Part shown: piece by piece, positions 1 to 12,452 of the stretch
How the letters are laid out: every line of letters starts with the position of its first letter
How positions within the stretch are numbered: the stretch's first letter is position 1
Assembly: GCA_963732385.1 (NCBI GenBank)
Contig: CAVSZB010000007.1
Location: 416,001 to 480,000, forward strand
Origin: an uncultured bacterium
GTDB lineage: Bacteria > Krumholzibacteriota > Krumholzibacteriia > LZORAL124-64-63
Reading direction: 5' to 3'
Length of the DNA: 64,000 nt
Program-made: the position numbers and the translations under genes
The notes under the pieces: generated by a model
What the model saw: the letters and a program-made list of their open reading frames with translations, nothing else
Database searches by the model: none
Told to the model about the DNA's origin: nothing

Positions 1-1457
1 AGCGTGGAGATGATGGCGGCATAGGTGCTTGGCCGGCCGATCCCGCTCGCCTCCAGTTCGCGCACGAGCGAAGCGTCGCGATAGCGGGGCGGCGGCTGGG
101 TGAAATGCTGCTTCGGCTCGACGACCACCAGCCGCGCCGGCTCCCCCGCCTCGACAGCCGGCAGTTCCGGGTCGCGGCTGTGCTCCGGATCGGGCAGCGC
201 CCGCAGGAATCCGGGAAACGCGATCACCGAGCCGGAGGCGCGGAACCCGAGTCCGTCGCCGGCCAGATTGATGGTGGTCTGGTTGAGCAACGCGTCGGGC
301 ATCTGGCTGGCCACCGTGCGCTGCCACACGAGCTGGTAGAGGCGCAGCAGGTCGCGGGGCAGCAGCGACTCGAGGCTTTCGGGCGTGCGGGCGAACGCGG
401 TCGGTCGGATCGCCTCGTGGGCGTCCTGCGCCTTCTTGCCTGCCTTGTAGACCCTTCCGCCGGGGATCTGGTAGGCGGCGCCGAAGGTCTCCCCGATGAC
501 CTGCTGCACTTCGGTCAACGCGTCATCCGAGAGCCGCACCGAATCGGTGCGCATGTAGGTGATGAGGCCGACCGGACCTTCGTCGCCCAGCTCCACCCCT
601 TCGTACAGCGCCTGCGCCAGAGCCATGGTCTTCTTGGCCGAGAAGCCGTGCCGGCCCGCCGCCTCCTGCTGCAGCGTGCTGGTGATGAACGGGGGGCGCG
701 GGGAACGCTTCCGCTCGCGGCGCACCACCTCCTGCACCTTGAAGGCCGCGCCGCGCGCACGCGCCGCCACTTCCGCGGCGACCGTCTCGTCCGCGAGGTG
801 GGGCCGCGCGCCGTCGAGCGCAACCAGTTCCGCGTCGAGCGACGACTGCCCGTCGGGCCCCACCGCGAACTGGCCGTGGATCGTCCAGTACTCCTGCCGG
901 ACGAACGCCTCGATCTCGGCCTCGCGTTCGCAGACCAGTCGCAGCGCGACGCTCTGCACCCGGCCGGCCGACAGCCCCTTGTAGAACAGGCTCCACAGTT
1001 GCGGGCTGACGAGGTACCCCACGAGCCGGTCGAGGATGCGCCGCGCCTGCTGCGCGTTCACCTGACGCTCGTCGATCACGCCCGGTTCGGACACGGCGCG
1101 GGTGATCGCGGTTTTGGTGATCTCGTTGAAGATGATCCGGTGGATCGGTTTTCCCGCGCCGGCGAGATGGTTGCCGATATGCCACGCGATCGCTTCGCCT
1201 TCGCGGTCAAGATCGGTGGCGAGCAGGATTTCGTCGCTCTTCTTCGCGGCGTCGAGCAGCTCCTTGAGGACCTTGTTCTTGCCGCGGATGACCACATACT
1301 CCGGGGCGAAATCGTGTTCGAGGTCGACTCCCAGCTTGGTCTTGGGCAGGTCGATGACGTGGCCCACCGAGGCCTTCACAGTAAAGCCCTTGCCCAGGTA
1401 TTTCTGGATGGTCTTCGCTTTGGCGGGACTTTCGACGATCAGCAGCGTGTGATTCAT
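1..1457 (-). CDS. topA: DNA topoisomerase I (5' part; runs off the window's left edge)
   Basis: Manual translation from ATG at 1457: MNHTLLIVESPAKAKTIQKYLG..ASVGHVIDLP..ATDLDREGEAIAWH..SAGRVQS..YMRTDS (TOPRIM and type IA motifs). Absent from the ORF track because there is no stop in the window. Confidence 0.97.
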   Translation of the reverse strand, partial: MNHTLLIVESPAKAKTIQKYLGKGFTVKASVGHVIDLPKTKLGVDLEHDFAPEYVVIRGKNKVLKELLDAAKKSDEILLATDLDREGEAIAWHIGNHLAGAGKPIHRIIFNEITKTAITRAVSEPGVIDERQVNAQQARRILDRLVGYLVSPQLWSLFYKGLSAGRVQSVALRLVCEREAEIEAFVRQEYWTIHGQFAVGPDGQSSLDAELVALDGARPHLADETVAAEVAARARGAAFKVQEVVRRERKRSPRPPFITSTLQQEAAGRHGFSAKKTMALAQALYEGVELGDEGPVGLITYMRTDSVRLSDDALTEVQQVIGETFGAAYQIPGGRVYKAGKKAQDAHEAIRPTAFARTPESLESLLPRDLLRLYQLVWQRTVASQMPDALLNQTTINLAGDGLGFRASGSVIAFPGFLRALPDPEHSRDPELPAVEAGEPARLVVVEPKQHFTQPPPRYRDASLVRELEASGIGRPSTYAAIIST

Positions 1458-1560
1458 GATTTTACATCCGGCCCCGCCGCGGTCCGCGACGGTAGCCATC
1501 CTCCCGGCTGGTGGCGCGGCACCCTAGCACAGAGGCCGGGGCGCCGCAAGCGGGGGCGCG

Positions 1561-4620
<3,060 letters not shown>

Positions 4621-4750
4621 GGGCGCAAACCTCCGGTTCGCGGGACGGGAGGGCAGGAGGGTATTCGCAAAAACAGGTCTCACCCGTCCGGCCGGGATGA
4701 GACCCCCTGGGACAAGACGTCTGCGGAGCAGGCGCCCAGGATGACCGAGA

Positions 4751-4780
4751 AAGTTAACGGTCGCGGGGGCCGGGTGTCAA
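4751..4780 (-). promoter_or_regulatory. Putative sigma70 promoter for secA
   Basis: Minus strand TTGACA-N18-TAACTT at the end of the upstream gene. Confidence 0.45.
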
Positions 4781-5511
4781 CGGTTGATCAGGTCGCGCAG
4801 GCTGGCCAGCAGCCCGGAACGCCGCGGATGCGCGGCGCGACCGGTCCCCTGGCGGGCGAGCGGCTGCAGCGGATCGATGCGCAGTGCGTCGTTGTAGAAG
4901 CGCTCCGCGAGCTTGTCCAGGCCGGCCGTTTCGTATACGAAAGCCAGCCGCGCCTGATAGGTGGCGTTGTACGGCTCGCTCTCAGCGGCGCGGCGGCACA
5001 GGTCGCGCGCCTTGTGCAGGTTTTCCCCACCGGCAGCCATGGCGTAGCCGGCCAGCGACAGGTAGGCGGGATTGTCGCTTTCCAGGCGCATGATCGCCAT
5101 CATGACCCGCGCCGCGGCCTCGAACCGGCCCTCCTCGACGAGCTGTTCCGCCTTCATGAAGGCACGACCGGCCTCCTTGCTGCCGACGGCCGGCGCGGCG
5201 GTGGCGCTTGCCTCGCGCGGCGCCTCCGGCTGCCCGCGAGGCTCAACTGTAGCCTCGGCCACCGAGGAACCGACGTGCTCCTGTCGGTGAAGATCGAGAT
5301 CGTAGACCTGGCGCTTGGCCTGATCGGTGAGAGTCGTATAGGCGCGGTTGATCTCGATGAACTTCTCCGTGTCCTCCGACCGCTGGTCCTGCCGCCGCAG
5401 GTCGGGATGGTAGATCTTGGCTAAACGGAAATAGGCGGCGCGGATGGCGTCTTCCGTCGCTTCCGGCGACACCTGCAGGATCTCGTAGAACGACAGGTCC
5501 GCCACCGTCAC
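4777..5511 (-). CDS. DnaJ (J-domain) protein with C-terminal TPR repeats
   Basis: FYEILQV..AYFRLAKIYHPD..F.EINRAY..L.D..KR..YD J-domain followed by TPR-like helices. GTG start overlaps the upstream TGA. Confidence 0.88.
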   Translation of the reverse strand: MTVADLSFYEILQVSPEATEDAIRAAYFRLAKIYHPDLRRQDQRSEDTEKFIEINRAYTTLTDQAKRQVYDLDLHRQEHVGSSVAEATVEPRGQPEAPREASATAAPAVGSKEAGRAFMKAEQLVEEGRFEAAARVMMAIMRLESDNPAYLSLAGYAMAAGGENLHKARDLCRRAAESEPYNATYQARLAFVYETAGLDKLAERFYNDALRIDPLQPLARQGTGRAAHPRRSGLLASLRDLINR

Positions 5512-6431
5512 GCCTCCGTGAGCGCCGCGAGTTCCCGAAGCGCGTTGAGCACGAGCGGGTTGCACGGCTCCAGCTCCTCGGCCAGTCGTAGTTCCGTCTC
5601 CGCTTCGCGGTAGCGCCCCGCTTCAAGCAGCGAGACGCCCAGGTTGATGCGCGCCTTCGCCAGGCGCGGGTTGAGTTCGAGCGCGTGGCGGAACTCCAGA
5701 ACGGCGTCGTCGAGCATGCCGGCGTTCCCGTAGGCGAGCCCCAGCAGGTGATGAAGGTCGGCGTACTGGCCGTGCTGCTCCAGCAGGCCGGCCAACAGCG
5801 AAATCGCCAGGCCGTTGTCCCGCCTGTGGATCGCCTCCAGAGCCTGGGCCTTGCGCAACGCCAGCTCGTCCGGTTCGGCCTGACTGAACGTTTCCACGGC
5901 AGCGCTCATGGCAATGAGATCGCCCTCGCGGCAGCGCCGCACCAGCTCGCCCGCCTGTTCCCGGAGCAGCGGCGGGCACTGCTGTTGGAAGGTCATCAAC
6001 GCGTCGGCGGCGCCCGGTGCATCGCCCATGGCCAGCCGGGCGCGCACGAGGTTGAGACGGGCCTTGTAGAAACGCGCATTGCGGGCGAGCGCGTCGGTGA
6101 AGGCGGTGACAGCCTCGGGCAGTCTTCCGCTCCGCATCTGCGCTTCGCCCAGCTTGTTGTGGATGTCCGCGTACTCGGGATGCAGCTCCAGCGCCTCTTC
6201 GAACAGGGCGATGGCGTTCAGCGGCTGCTCCCCCTCCAGGGCTCGTTCCCCCGCCTGGACGCACGATTCGCAGAGGTGGAATTCGGCCCGCTCGCGGTAC
6301 CGTCCGGCCGGCTGGCCCAGGTAGGCGCGGAAGGCGCGGCGCGCGGTTTCATAGTCGCCGGAATTGTAGGCGCGCAGTCCCTCGGCAAAGGGGCCGCCCG
6401 GCAGGAAGCGCAGCAACTGACGCAGGAACAT
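5508..6431 (-). CDS. Tetratricopeptide repeat protein
   Basis: Repeated TPR motifs (HPEYADIHNKLG, YADLHHLLGLAY, LNPRLAKARINLG). Confidence 0.85.
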   Translation of the reverse strand: MFLRQLLRFLPGGPFAEGLRAYNSGDYETARRAFRAYLGQPAGRYRERAEFHLCESCVQAGERALEGEQPLNAIALFEEALELHPEYADIHNKLGEAQMRSGRLPEAVTAFTDALARNARFYKARLNLVRARLAMGDAPGAADALMTFQQQCPPLLREQAGELVRRCREGDLIAMSAAVETFSQAEPDELALRKAQALEAIHRRDNGLAISLLAGLLEQHGQYADLHHLLGLAYGNAGMLDDAVLEFRHALELNPRLAKARINLGVSLLEAGRYREAETELRLAEELEPCNPLVLNALRELAALTEA

Positions 6432-6467
6432 GAGCCTCGTATCTCCGGCGCCTGGCCCGGAGGAGGC

Positions 6468-7220
6468 TTACCTCGTCCAGGGCAGGAGCAGTTGAATGAT
6501 ACCGGCCGTGGCGAGGGGCATCGTCAGGTTGTCCCACCGCCCCGGTGTCCACCGCTCGAGAAGCGCCGCGGCCAGACCACCGGCGATCACCAGTCGCAGG
6601 TCCGGTCCCATGGCCAGAAGGACCATCGTCATCGAGACGATCAGGCAGCCGAGCGTCCCTGCCAGGGTCTTGCGCCCCCGGCGCATGACCACCGGCGCCC
6701 GGTTCGGCTCCCGGCGCAACTTGCGCGCGAAGCGCCAATGGGTCCACGACTGTCCCACCAGTGCCGCGGCCGAATCTCCCCAGGCCAGGCAAAGAATGCC
6801 GGCCGTGGCGGGCCGGGGCGCGAACAGGGCCGATGTCAGGGTCACGCCGAGCATCATGACCGAAGCGCCCGAAAGGGCGTGGCGCTCGTCCCGCCGGAAG
6901 ACGAATGGGAACCGGCGGTAGACCCAGAGCGCCCAGCGACGCGAACCCAGCCGTGCCCAATCCACGGCCAGCACGAAAACAGTTGCAAGGGCCAGGCCAG
7001 ACGTGGCGAGTGGCTCACTGAGCAGGTAGGTCCAGAAGGCGAGCAGGGTGGAACTGAGGTGGATCCCCTTGCGGTCCCACTCCACATGCTGCCGCCAGGA
7101 GTTCCGTGTCGAATGAAGTGGCTGCGGGACAACGGGTTTCACCGCATCCGCCGACCCGGGGCGGGAATTTCCAGGCGGCGGTGCATTGCCGTGTCCATCA
7201 GGTGAGGGGGCACTCAGCAT
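6468..7220 (-). CDS. Polyprenol/phytol/diacylglycerol kinase-like membrane protein (CTP-dependent family)
   Basis: RKGIH, GDSAAALVG, KTLAG and DNLTMP motifs with several hydrophobic helices; start uncertain. Confidence 0.75.
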   Translation of the reverse strand: MLSAPSPDGHGNAPPPGNSRPGSADAVKPVVPQPLHSTRNSWRQHVEWDRKGIHLSSTLLAFWTYLLSEPLATSGLALATVFVLAVDWARLGSRRWALWVYRRFPFVFRRDERHALSGASVMMLGVTLTSALFAPRPATAGILCLAWGDSAAALVGQSWTHWRFARKLRREPNRAPVVMRRGRKTLAGTLGCLIVSMTMVLLAMGPDLRLVIAGGLAAALLERWTPGRWDNLTMPLATAGIIQLLLPWTR

Positions 7221-7283
7221 TCCCAGTTCATCCCCATCGTTGCAGAAGATACCCCACTCCGCCCGTCAGTGGCGCAAAATGCG

Positions 7284-9545
7284 TCACGGCGCCCCGGGCA
7301 GGGCGCCGGAAAGGATCCAACCGTAAATCTCGCGGTCGATCAACACCTTTTCCACATAGGTCCGGGTCTCGGCGTATCCGATCCAGGGCAGGAACAGGAC
7401 CGGTTCGGACCGCCCGCCCAGCTGGCGCACCCAGCGTCGCACCGCTTCGCCGCCGGCGTTGAAGCCGGCCGTGGCGCGATAGGGGTCGCCGTCGAAGGCC
7501 CGCGCGTTCTCCAGCAGCAGACGGGCGCCGGTACGCAGAGACATGACCGGCCGGCTCCAGACCGCCTCGCCCGCCGGCGCCCCCCGCTCCGGATAGTGGA
7601 ACGGCATGATCTGCAGCCAGCCGAGCGCGCCGGCGCGCGACCGGGCGCCGGGATCGAACAGGGACTCGTTGCGCGCCAGGGCCAGGATGAGCGCCGGATC
7701 GAGAGCGAGAGCGGACAATTCTTCGCGCAAAGCTCCCGGTCCCGGCACCGGGTAGAGCAGAAGCAGTCGATCCCGCTCGGGAAGCCCTGACGCCGGCAGC
7801 CCCTGCGCCAGGACCACGCCGGCATGCGGGTCGCCTGCGGCCAGCGCGAGTCCCAGGAGGACGTGGCGATCGGGCCAGGCGCGGGCGTCGGCCGCGCCGG
7901 GGGGCAGCGGCGGGCCGGCGGGCACCGCGTCAGGACCGGCGGTCCGCAGGCGTTCCCGCTCCAGCAGCCAGCGCACGGCGGCCGCTCCTGCGGGGTGTCC
8001 GCGCAGGAAACGACCGACGGCCACGCGCGCCAGCGCCTCGCGCGTGGCGGGAGTTGCGGCAACCGCGGCAGCGGCCAGGGCGTCGCGGTACTCGGTTGCG
8101 CGGGCGTCGGCAAGGCCGCCCACATACGTGTCGGCGAGGCAGGTTCCCCAGGCGAGCCACGCCTCCCAGGCGAGCGCAGCGGCGGGCCAGGGCGTTGCGC
8201 CGGCGGTCGACGCAGACAGGTCAATCGAGGCGGAGAGCCCCGCCTGCACGCGCCGGCGCGCACTGGCGAGGCGGCCCTCACGGACCGTGGTGTCGGGCGA
8301 CGCGCCTAATCCCAGCCGCGCCCAGGCCGGAGCGAGCGCGTCTCGCCAGCTGTCCCATTCCCCGGCCGGCAGTTCGGCGCGCGCCAATTCGCGGACCCTG
8401 GTCGCTTCGGGCACCTGCTTCAGCACCGCGGCCAGCAGGGCCACCTGCTGTGCCTGGATCGCGACCGGGGCTCGCAAGGCGGGATCACCGCGCGCCGCCA
8501 CGAACGCCCGTTTCAGGTCGGCCAGGGCCGGCGCCCAGGCGCCGGCCAGCGCGCGTTCCTCCGCCGCCCGTCGCCAGAGCCGAACCTGGCCGGAGGCATG
8601 GATGCCGGGGTGTGCGGCCCACGTTTCGGCCCACGACGGCTCCCAGCCGTCGGACCGCAGGCGGCCCCTCAGCCAGGCGTCCTGGAAGCGGGGATTGGTC
8701 GGCGGCACAGGGTGCCGCTTGAAATGGCGCTCCAGCTCCGGCCCGCGCGGCAGGCAGGCGGCGCCCACCGCGGCCCGGGCCTCGGGCGGGAAACCGGCGC
8801 GGTCGAGGTCGGCGGTGGTGAGCCCGGCGCCGGCCAGCCGCAACAGGAACAGCGCCAGCGCCTCATCCCCGCAGCCTGCCGGCAGCAGCGGGCGGGCACG
8901 GGCACGCTGGCGGGCGCGCCAGAGCGCCCAACCGGAATTGCTGTCGTAGGAACCGAGGGCGTACAGCTCCGGCCAGGGCGCCTCGCCCGCCGTGTCAGGC
9001 CGGCTGGTGGCGAGTTCGTGCAAGCGTCGCCAGCGGAGCGACCAGATGAAACGGGCATCGTCCGACAACGGAGGTAGTCCGGGCGCGGTCAGCAGACGTT
9101 CAGCCTGGACAGTAGCCGTTCCATAATTCTTTAAATGATAATTATTTAGTATGGAACATTGAAGTGATTCCTTGGACTCGGCCGCGGCGCTCCGGCTCGA
9201 GCCCAGGGCCGCCAGGGCGGCTCTCTCCCGTGCAGCCCAGGCGCCTTTTTCCACCGGGCCGCCGAGCGCCGCGTCGAGCAGGTCGTCGCTCGCCAAACCG
9301 GTTCCCGAAGTAGCCAGCCGCAACAGCGTGCTGTCGAGGCTGGCCCGCCAGAGGGAGTCGATGCGGCACGGGAGGAACAGATCGGCCGGCCAGCCGTCCG
9401 GCAGGGACATGCGTGGGGCCACAGGCCCGAAGCCGACGCGGAAACGTTCGCGAAAAGGATCGCGCAGCGGCGCGGCGGGTACTGCCCGTGCGGTGAGCAG
9501 GATCAGCCCCAGCAGCAGTGGCGCGGACAGGGCTGGGCGCTTCAT
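7284..9545 (-). CDS. Large soluble lytic transglycosylase (Slt-like) with signal peptide
   Basis: Signal peptide MKRPALSAPLLLGLILL; C-terminal SLT domain ARNESLFDP..SRAGALGWLQIMP..AGFNAG..ETRTYV. ATG overlaps the upstream TGA. Confidence 0.82.
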   Translation of the reverse strand: MKRPALSAPLLLGLILLTARAVPAAPLRDPFRERFRVGFGPVAPRMSLPDGWPADLFLPCRIDSLWRASLDSTLLRLATSGTGLASDDLLDAALGGPVEKGAWAARERAALAALGSSRSAAAESKESLQCSILNNYHLKNYGTATVQAERLLTAPGLPPLSDDARFIWSLRWRRLHELATSRPDTAGEAPWPELYALGSYDSNSGWALWRARQRARARPLLPAGCGDEALALFLLRLAGAGLTTADLDRAGFPPEARAAVGAACLPRGPELERHFKRHPVPPTNPRFQDAWLRGRLRSDGWEPSWAETWAAHPGIHASGQVRLWRRAAEERALAGAWAPALADLKRAFVAARGDPALRAPVAIQAQQVALLAAVLKQVPEATRVRELARAELPAGEWDSWRDALAPAWARLGLGASPDTTVREGRLASARRRVQAGLSASIDLSASTAGATPWPAAALAWEAWLAWGTCLADTYVGGLADARATEYRDALAAAAVAATPATREALARVAVGRFLRGHPAGAAAVRWLLERERLRTAGPDAVPAGPPLPPGAADARAWPDRHVLLGLALAAGDPHAGVVLAQGLPASGLPERDRLLLLYPVPGPGALREELSALALDPALILALARNESLFDPGARSRAGALGWLQIMPFHYPERGAPAGEAVWSRPVMSLRTGARLLLENARAFDGDPYRATAGFNAGGEAVRRWVRQLGGRSEPVLFLPWIGYAETRTYVEKVLIDREIYGWILSGALPGAP

Positions 9546-12445
9546 CGCAGGATAACCACCCGGCGCGTGGCGCGCTCCCCGAGGCTCGTCTCCAGATGGA
9601 GCAGGTAGAGCCCTCCCGGAAGGGGGCGCCCCCGCTCGTCGGTTGCGTCCCAGACCAGCAGGCGCGCGCCGCCAACGAGCGGCCATTCGCGCAGGCGGCG
9701 ACCGCGCAGGTCGCAGGCGCGGAGCCGTCCGGCCGCGTCGGCCGGCAGTTCGACGAGCAGGCGCACCTCGCCGCCCGCGGGATTGGGATACGGCAGGCCG
9801 AGCCGCGGCGGAGCAACTGCGGCCCGCGGGGCGTCGAGCAGACGACCGCGGGAGGCTACCGGGCCGAGAGGGGTCTGCGCGATCACCCGGAAGAGACGGC
9901 GTTCACCGGACGCGGCGGCCCCCGCGATCTGAGCCGACAGGAGGTAAATCGCCGGGTCGGACGGTTCTGCGGCGGGAGGGCCCGACCACGCGGTCAGCCA
10001 GGTCACCCCGTTGTCCGTGCTGGTCTGGACGGTGAAGGCGGTGACCGGATCGTCCGCCGGCCACTGCCAGGAGAGTTCCCCGTCCGAACTGCAGGAGGTC
10101 GGGAAGGGGCCGCCGGCCGGCGCCGAGTCCGGTTGCGCGCGCAAGCGGGCCACGAACCAGCCCCGGCCACGGAACTGATCATCGGAAGCGAAGCGCAGGC
10201 GCAGGCGCACCGGCCCCGGCACGTGGCGCGGCGCGGCGATGTCGTCGACACGCCAGATGCAGGCCCCGCCTGGCGCCAGCGAGTCCTCCCCCGCGAAAGC
10301 GGAGCGTCCGTGCAGTCCCGACCGCGCCTCGGGCACGATGGCACCGCCGTAGCCGCCTGCCGGTTCGGCCGCCGCCACCGAGCCGTCGGCCATGACGAAC
10401 TCCACCAGGCCACCGTCGAAAGCCGCCCCGGGCCAGGCCAGCTCACCGTCGAGCGCATGCAGGAGACGCACGCCGGTGCCGGCCGGCAGCGGGCCCGACA
10501 CCAGCGCGAGATCGGCGTCGTTGGCGTAGCTGACGTCCGGCCAGGCCGAGGCGTCCGGCCAGGCCGCGCCGGTGCAGGCGAGCACCGGGCCGCCGTCGGC
10601 GCGCAGGGGAGCCCCCGCCTGCCAGCGGTGCCAACTGGTGGCTGAGGCGGACAGCGTCTCCTGGCGCCACTCGCCCGGCCAGACGGCGCCGAAGTCGAGC
10701 GGATCGGCCCCCTCGCTCCAGAGCCACTCGCGGGGGTACGTCTGCGCGAAGCCGGCGGAGGCGGTCAGGTGGATGGCGAAGCGGGTCGCCGCGGCGGCCC
10801 CGGCCGGGTCGCCGGCCGGGATCCAGGCGACCGGGGCGGCGGGACTCCAGCTCCGCGCCACCGGATCACGCACCAGCGGGACCGTCAGAGCGAGCGCACC
10901 GTCGGCGAACGCCCCCCACGGAGGATCGCCAAGGACCAGGATCTCGGCGGTCAGATCGGCGGTGGGGGGGCCGAGTTCGGTCGCCTGCAGAAGCAGCGGA
11001 AATACGCCGTTCGCCGGCGGCGCGAAGGCGAAATCCAGCGCGCAGGCTGGGGTAATGGCGTCAACCACGGACAGCGTGACGCCACCGCCACCGAGCAGCG
11101 CGATTCCGGTGAGTGCGACTTCGGTCGGACCGGTGTAGCCGTTGCTCGACGGCTCGGTCTCGGGCGTCAGGGCACGGTTGCCGGTCGTGCCGGGAAACAT
11201 GTCGGCAGAGCCACCGACGTCGAGACCGGCGGCCAGCCAGCCGTTGCCGTCCGCCTCGAGCAGCCGCACCCGCAGGTGGCGCAGGTCGGGATCGACGCTC
11301 GACTGCGCCTGTTCGGGCAGTTCGGCGTCGAGGTGGTACGCCACCAGACCTGGTTGCAGGTGCCCATCACAGACGGTCGGCCCCCCCCCGCCACGCGCCT
11401 CCAGCAGGAACGACTCGGCGCCGGTTTCGCCGCGGGTCCAGACCTGCCACACCTCGGCGCCCAGCGGCGGCGGGAGCAGTTCCGCGGCGCCGGCGCCGGG
11501 GAGGCCACGCTTGACGACGATGTCCCGCCAGCCGAGTTGGGCGGCGCTGTAGGCGTCCGGCAGCGCAGGGAAACGGCCGTCCGGGAGCAGCGCGCCGGCG
11601 GCCATCAGACTGAACACGCCGAGCCCGCCGACCCCGGCCAGATCGCCCCCCGTGACCGGCAGGAACGGATCGTAGCGGTCTTCGAGGCCGAGCAGGTGGG
11701 CGCTTTCGTGGGCCCAGACGCCGAGCGGGCTGCTCAGGCTGGCCACTGCATAGAAGCGGGCCAGGGTGCCGCGGTCGAAGACCGGCATGTCCAGGTAGTA
11801 CTGGAGCGCCTCGATGAGACCGGCGGCAGCGTCATTTTCGTTGCCCACATCGGTGTGCAGGATGAGGACACCATCGACCTCGCCGTCGTCGTCGGCCGTG
11901 CCGGGAAAGCCATCGGCGCCGTCATTGTCGAGACGGGAAAAGGCTAGGCCGGCCGCTTGCGTGGCGTCCAGCGAGGCGGTGGCTAGCAGGCGCGAGCGGG
12001 TGAAGCCGTTCAACCCGCGGTCGGAGTAGGCGGCGGTCGCCTCCGGCAGATGCACCAGCGGCGCCAGCACCAGATCCAGATCGGCACGTCCGCAGGAGGC
12101 GAGGCCGAAGTAGTAACGCAGCGTTGGCGGTTGCGGCAGCGCGGGACTTCCGCTCGGCAGGACGGCGGACGGACCGCTCAACAACGGCCCGATGGCCGTT
12201 CCCGGGTCCCAGTCGGCCGGCAGGCGCTGGTCGGCGAAATCGACCGGAATCACCAGCAGCGTCAGCCGGGCGGCAACGCCCAGCCGCTGCGCAGCGGCCG
12301 TGGCGGTGCGCACGGAGGCGCGGCGCGCCGCGCGCAGGAGCGTCAGCGCGGTGTCTGCCGGAGCAGTCCGCGTTGCCCGGGGCGTGGCCGCGGCTCCGGT
12401 CGGCAGGCAAAGAGCGCAGGCGAGCGCCAGCAGCGCACGTTTCAC
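9542..12445 (-). CDS. Secreted M6-family (immune inhibitor A-like) metalloprotease with C-terminal FlgD-Ig/T9SS-like domain
   Basis: Signal peptide; LVIPVDFAD; D+DGxxDG acidic loop; zinc motif HESAHLLGLED; C-terminus YPNP..DLRGRRLR..WDATDERGRPLPGGLYLL..RRVVILR. Confidence 0.8.
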   Translation of the reverse strand: MKRALLALACALCLPTGAAATPRATRTAPADTALTLLRAARRASVRTATAAAQRLGVAARLTLLVIPVDFADQRLPADWDPGTAIGPLLSGPSAVLPSGSPALPQPPTLRYYFGLASCGRADLDLVLAPLVHLPEATAAYSDRGLNGFTRSRLLATASLDATQAAGLAFSRLDNDGADGFPGTADDDGEVDGVLILHTDVGNENDAAAGLIEALQYYLDMPVFDRGTLARFYAVASLSSPLGVWAHESAHLLGLEDRYDPFLPVTGGDLAGVGGLGVFSLMAAGALLPDGRFPALPDAYSAAQLGWRDIVVKRGLPGAGAAELLPPPLGAEVWQVWTRGETGAESFLLEARGGGGPTVCDGHLQPGLVAYHLDAELPEQAQSSVDPDLRHLRVRLLEADGNGWLAAGLDVGGSADMFPGTTGNRALTPETEPSSNGYTGPTEVALTGIALLGGGGVTLSVVDAITPACALDFAFAPPANGVFPLLLQATELGPPTADLTAEILVLGDPPWGAFADGALALTVPLVRDPVARSWSPAAPVAWIPAGDPAGAAAATRFAIHLTASAGFAQTYPREWLWSEGADPLDFGAVWPGEWRQETLSASATSWHRWQAGAPLRADGGPVLACTGAAWPDASAWPDVSYANDADLALVSGPLPAGTGVRLLHALDGELAWPGAAFDGGLVEFVMADGSVAAAEPAGGYGGAIVPEARSGLHGRSAFAGEDSLAPGGACIWRVDDIAAPRHVPGPVRLRLRFASDDQFRGRGWFVARLRAQPDSAPAGGPFPTSCSSDGELSWQWPADDPVTAFTVQTSTDNGVTWLTAWSGPPAAEPSDPAIYLLSAQIAGAAASGERRLFRVIAQTPLGPVASRGRLLDAPRAAVAPPRLGLPYPNPAGGEVRLLVELPADAAGRLRACDLRGRRLREWPLVGGARLLVWDATDERGRPLPGGLYLLHLETSLGERATRRVVILR

Positions 12446-12452
12446 GCCGCGG

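Noticed and set aside
9116..9143. Possible dif (XerCD) site
   Set aside because: Only CATAA of the XerC arm and about 7/11 of the XerD arm match, the inner TT is missing, and it is intragenic. Kept only as an unexplained AT-rich dyad.
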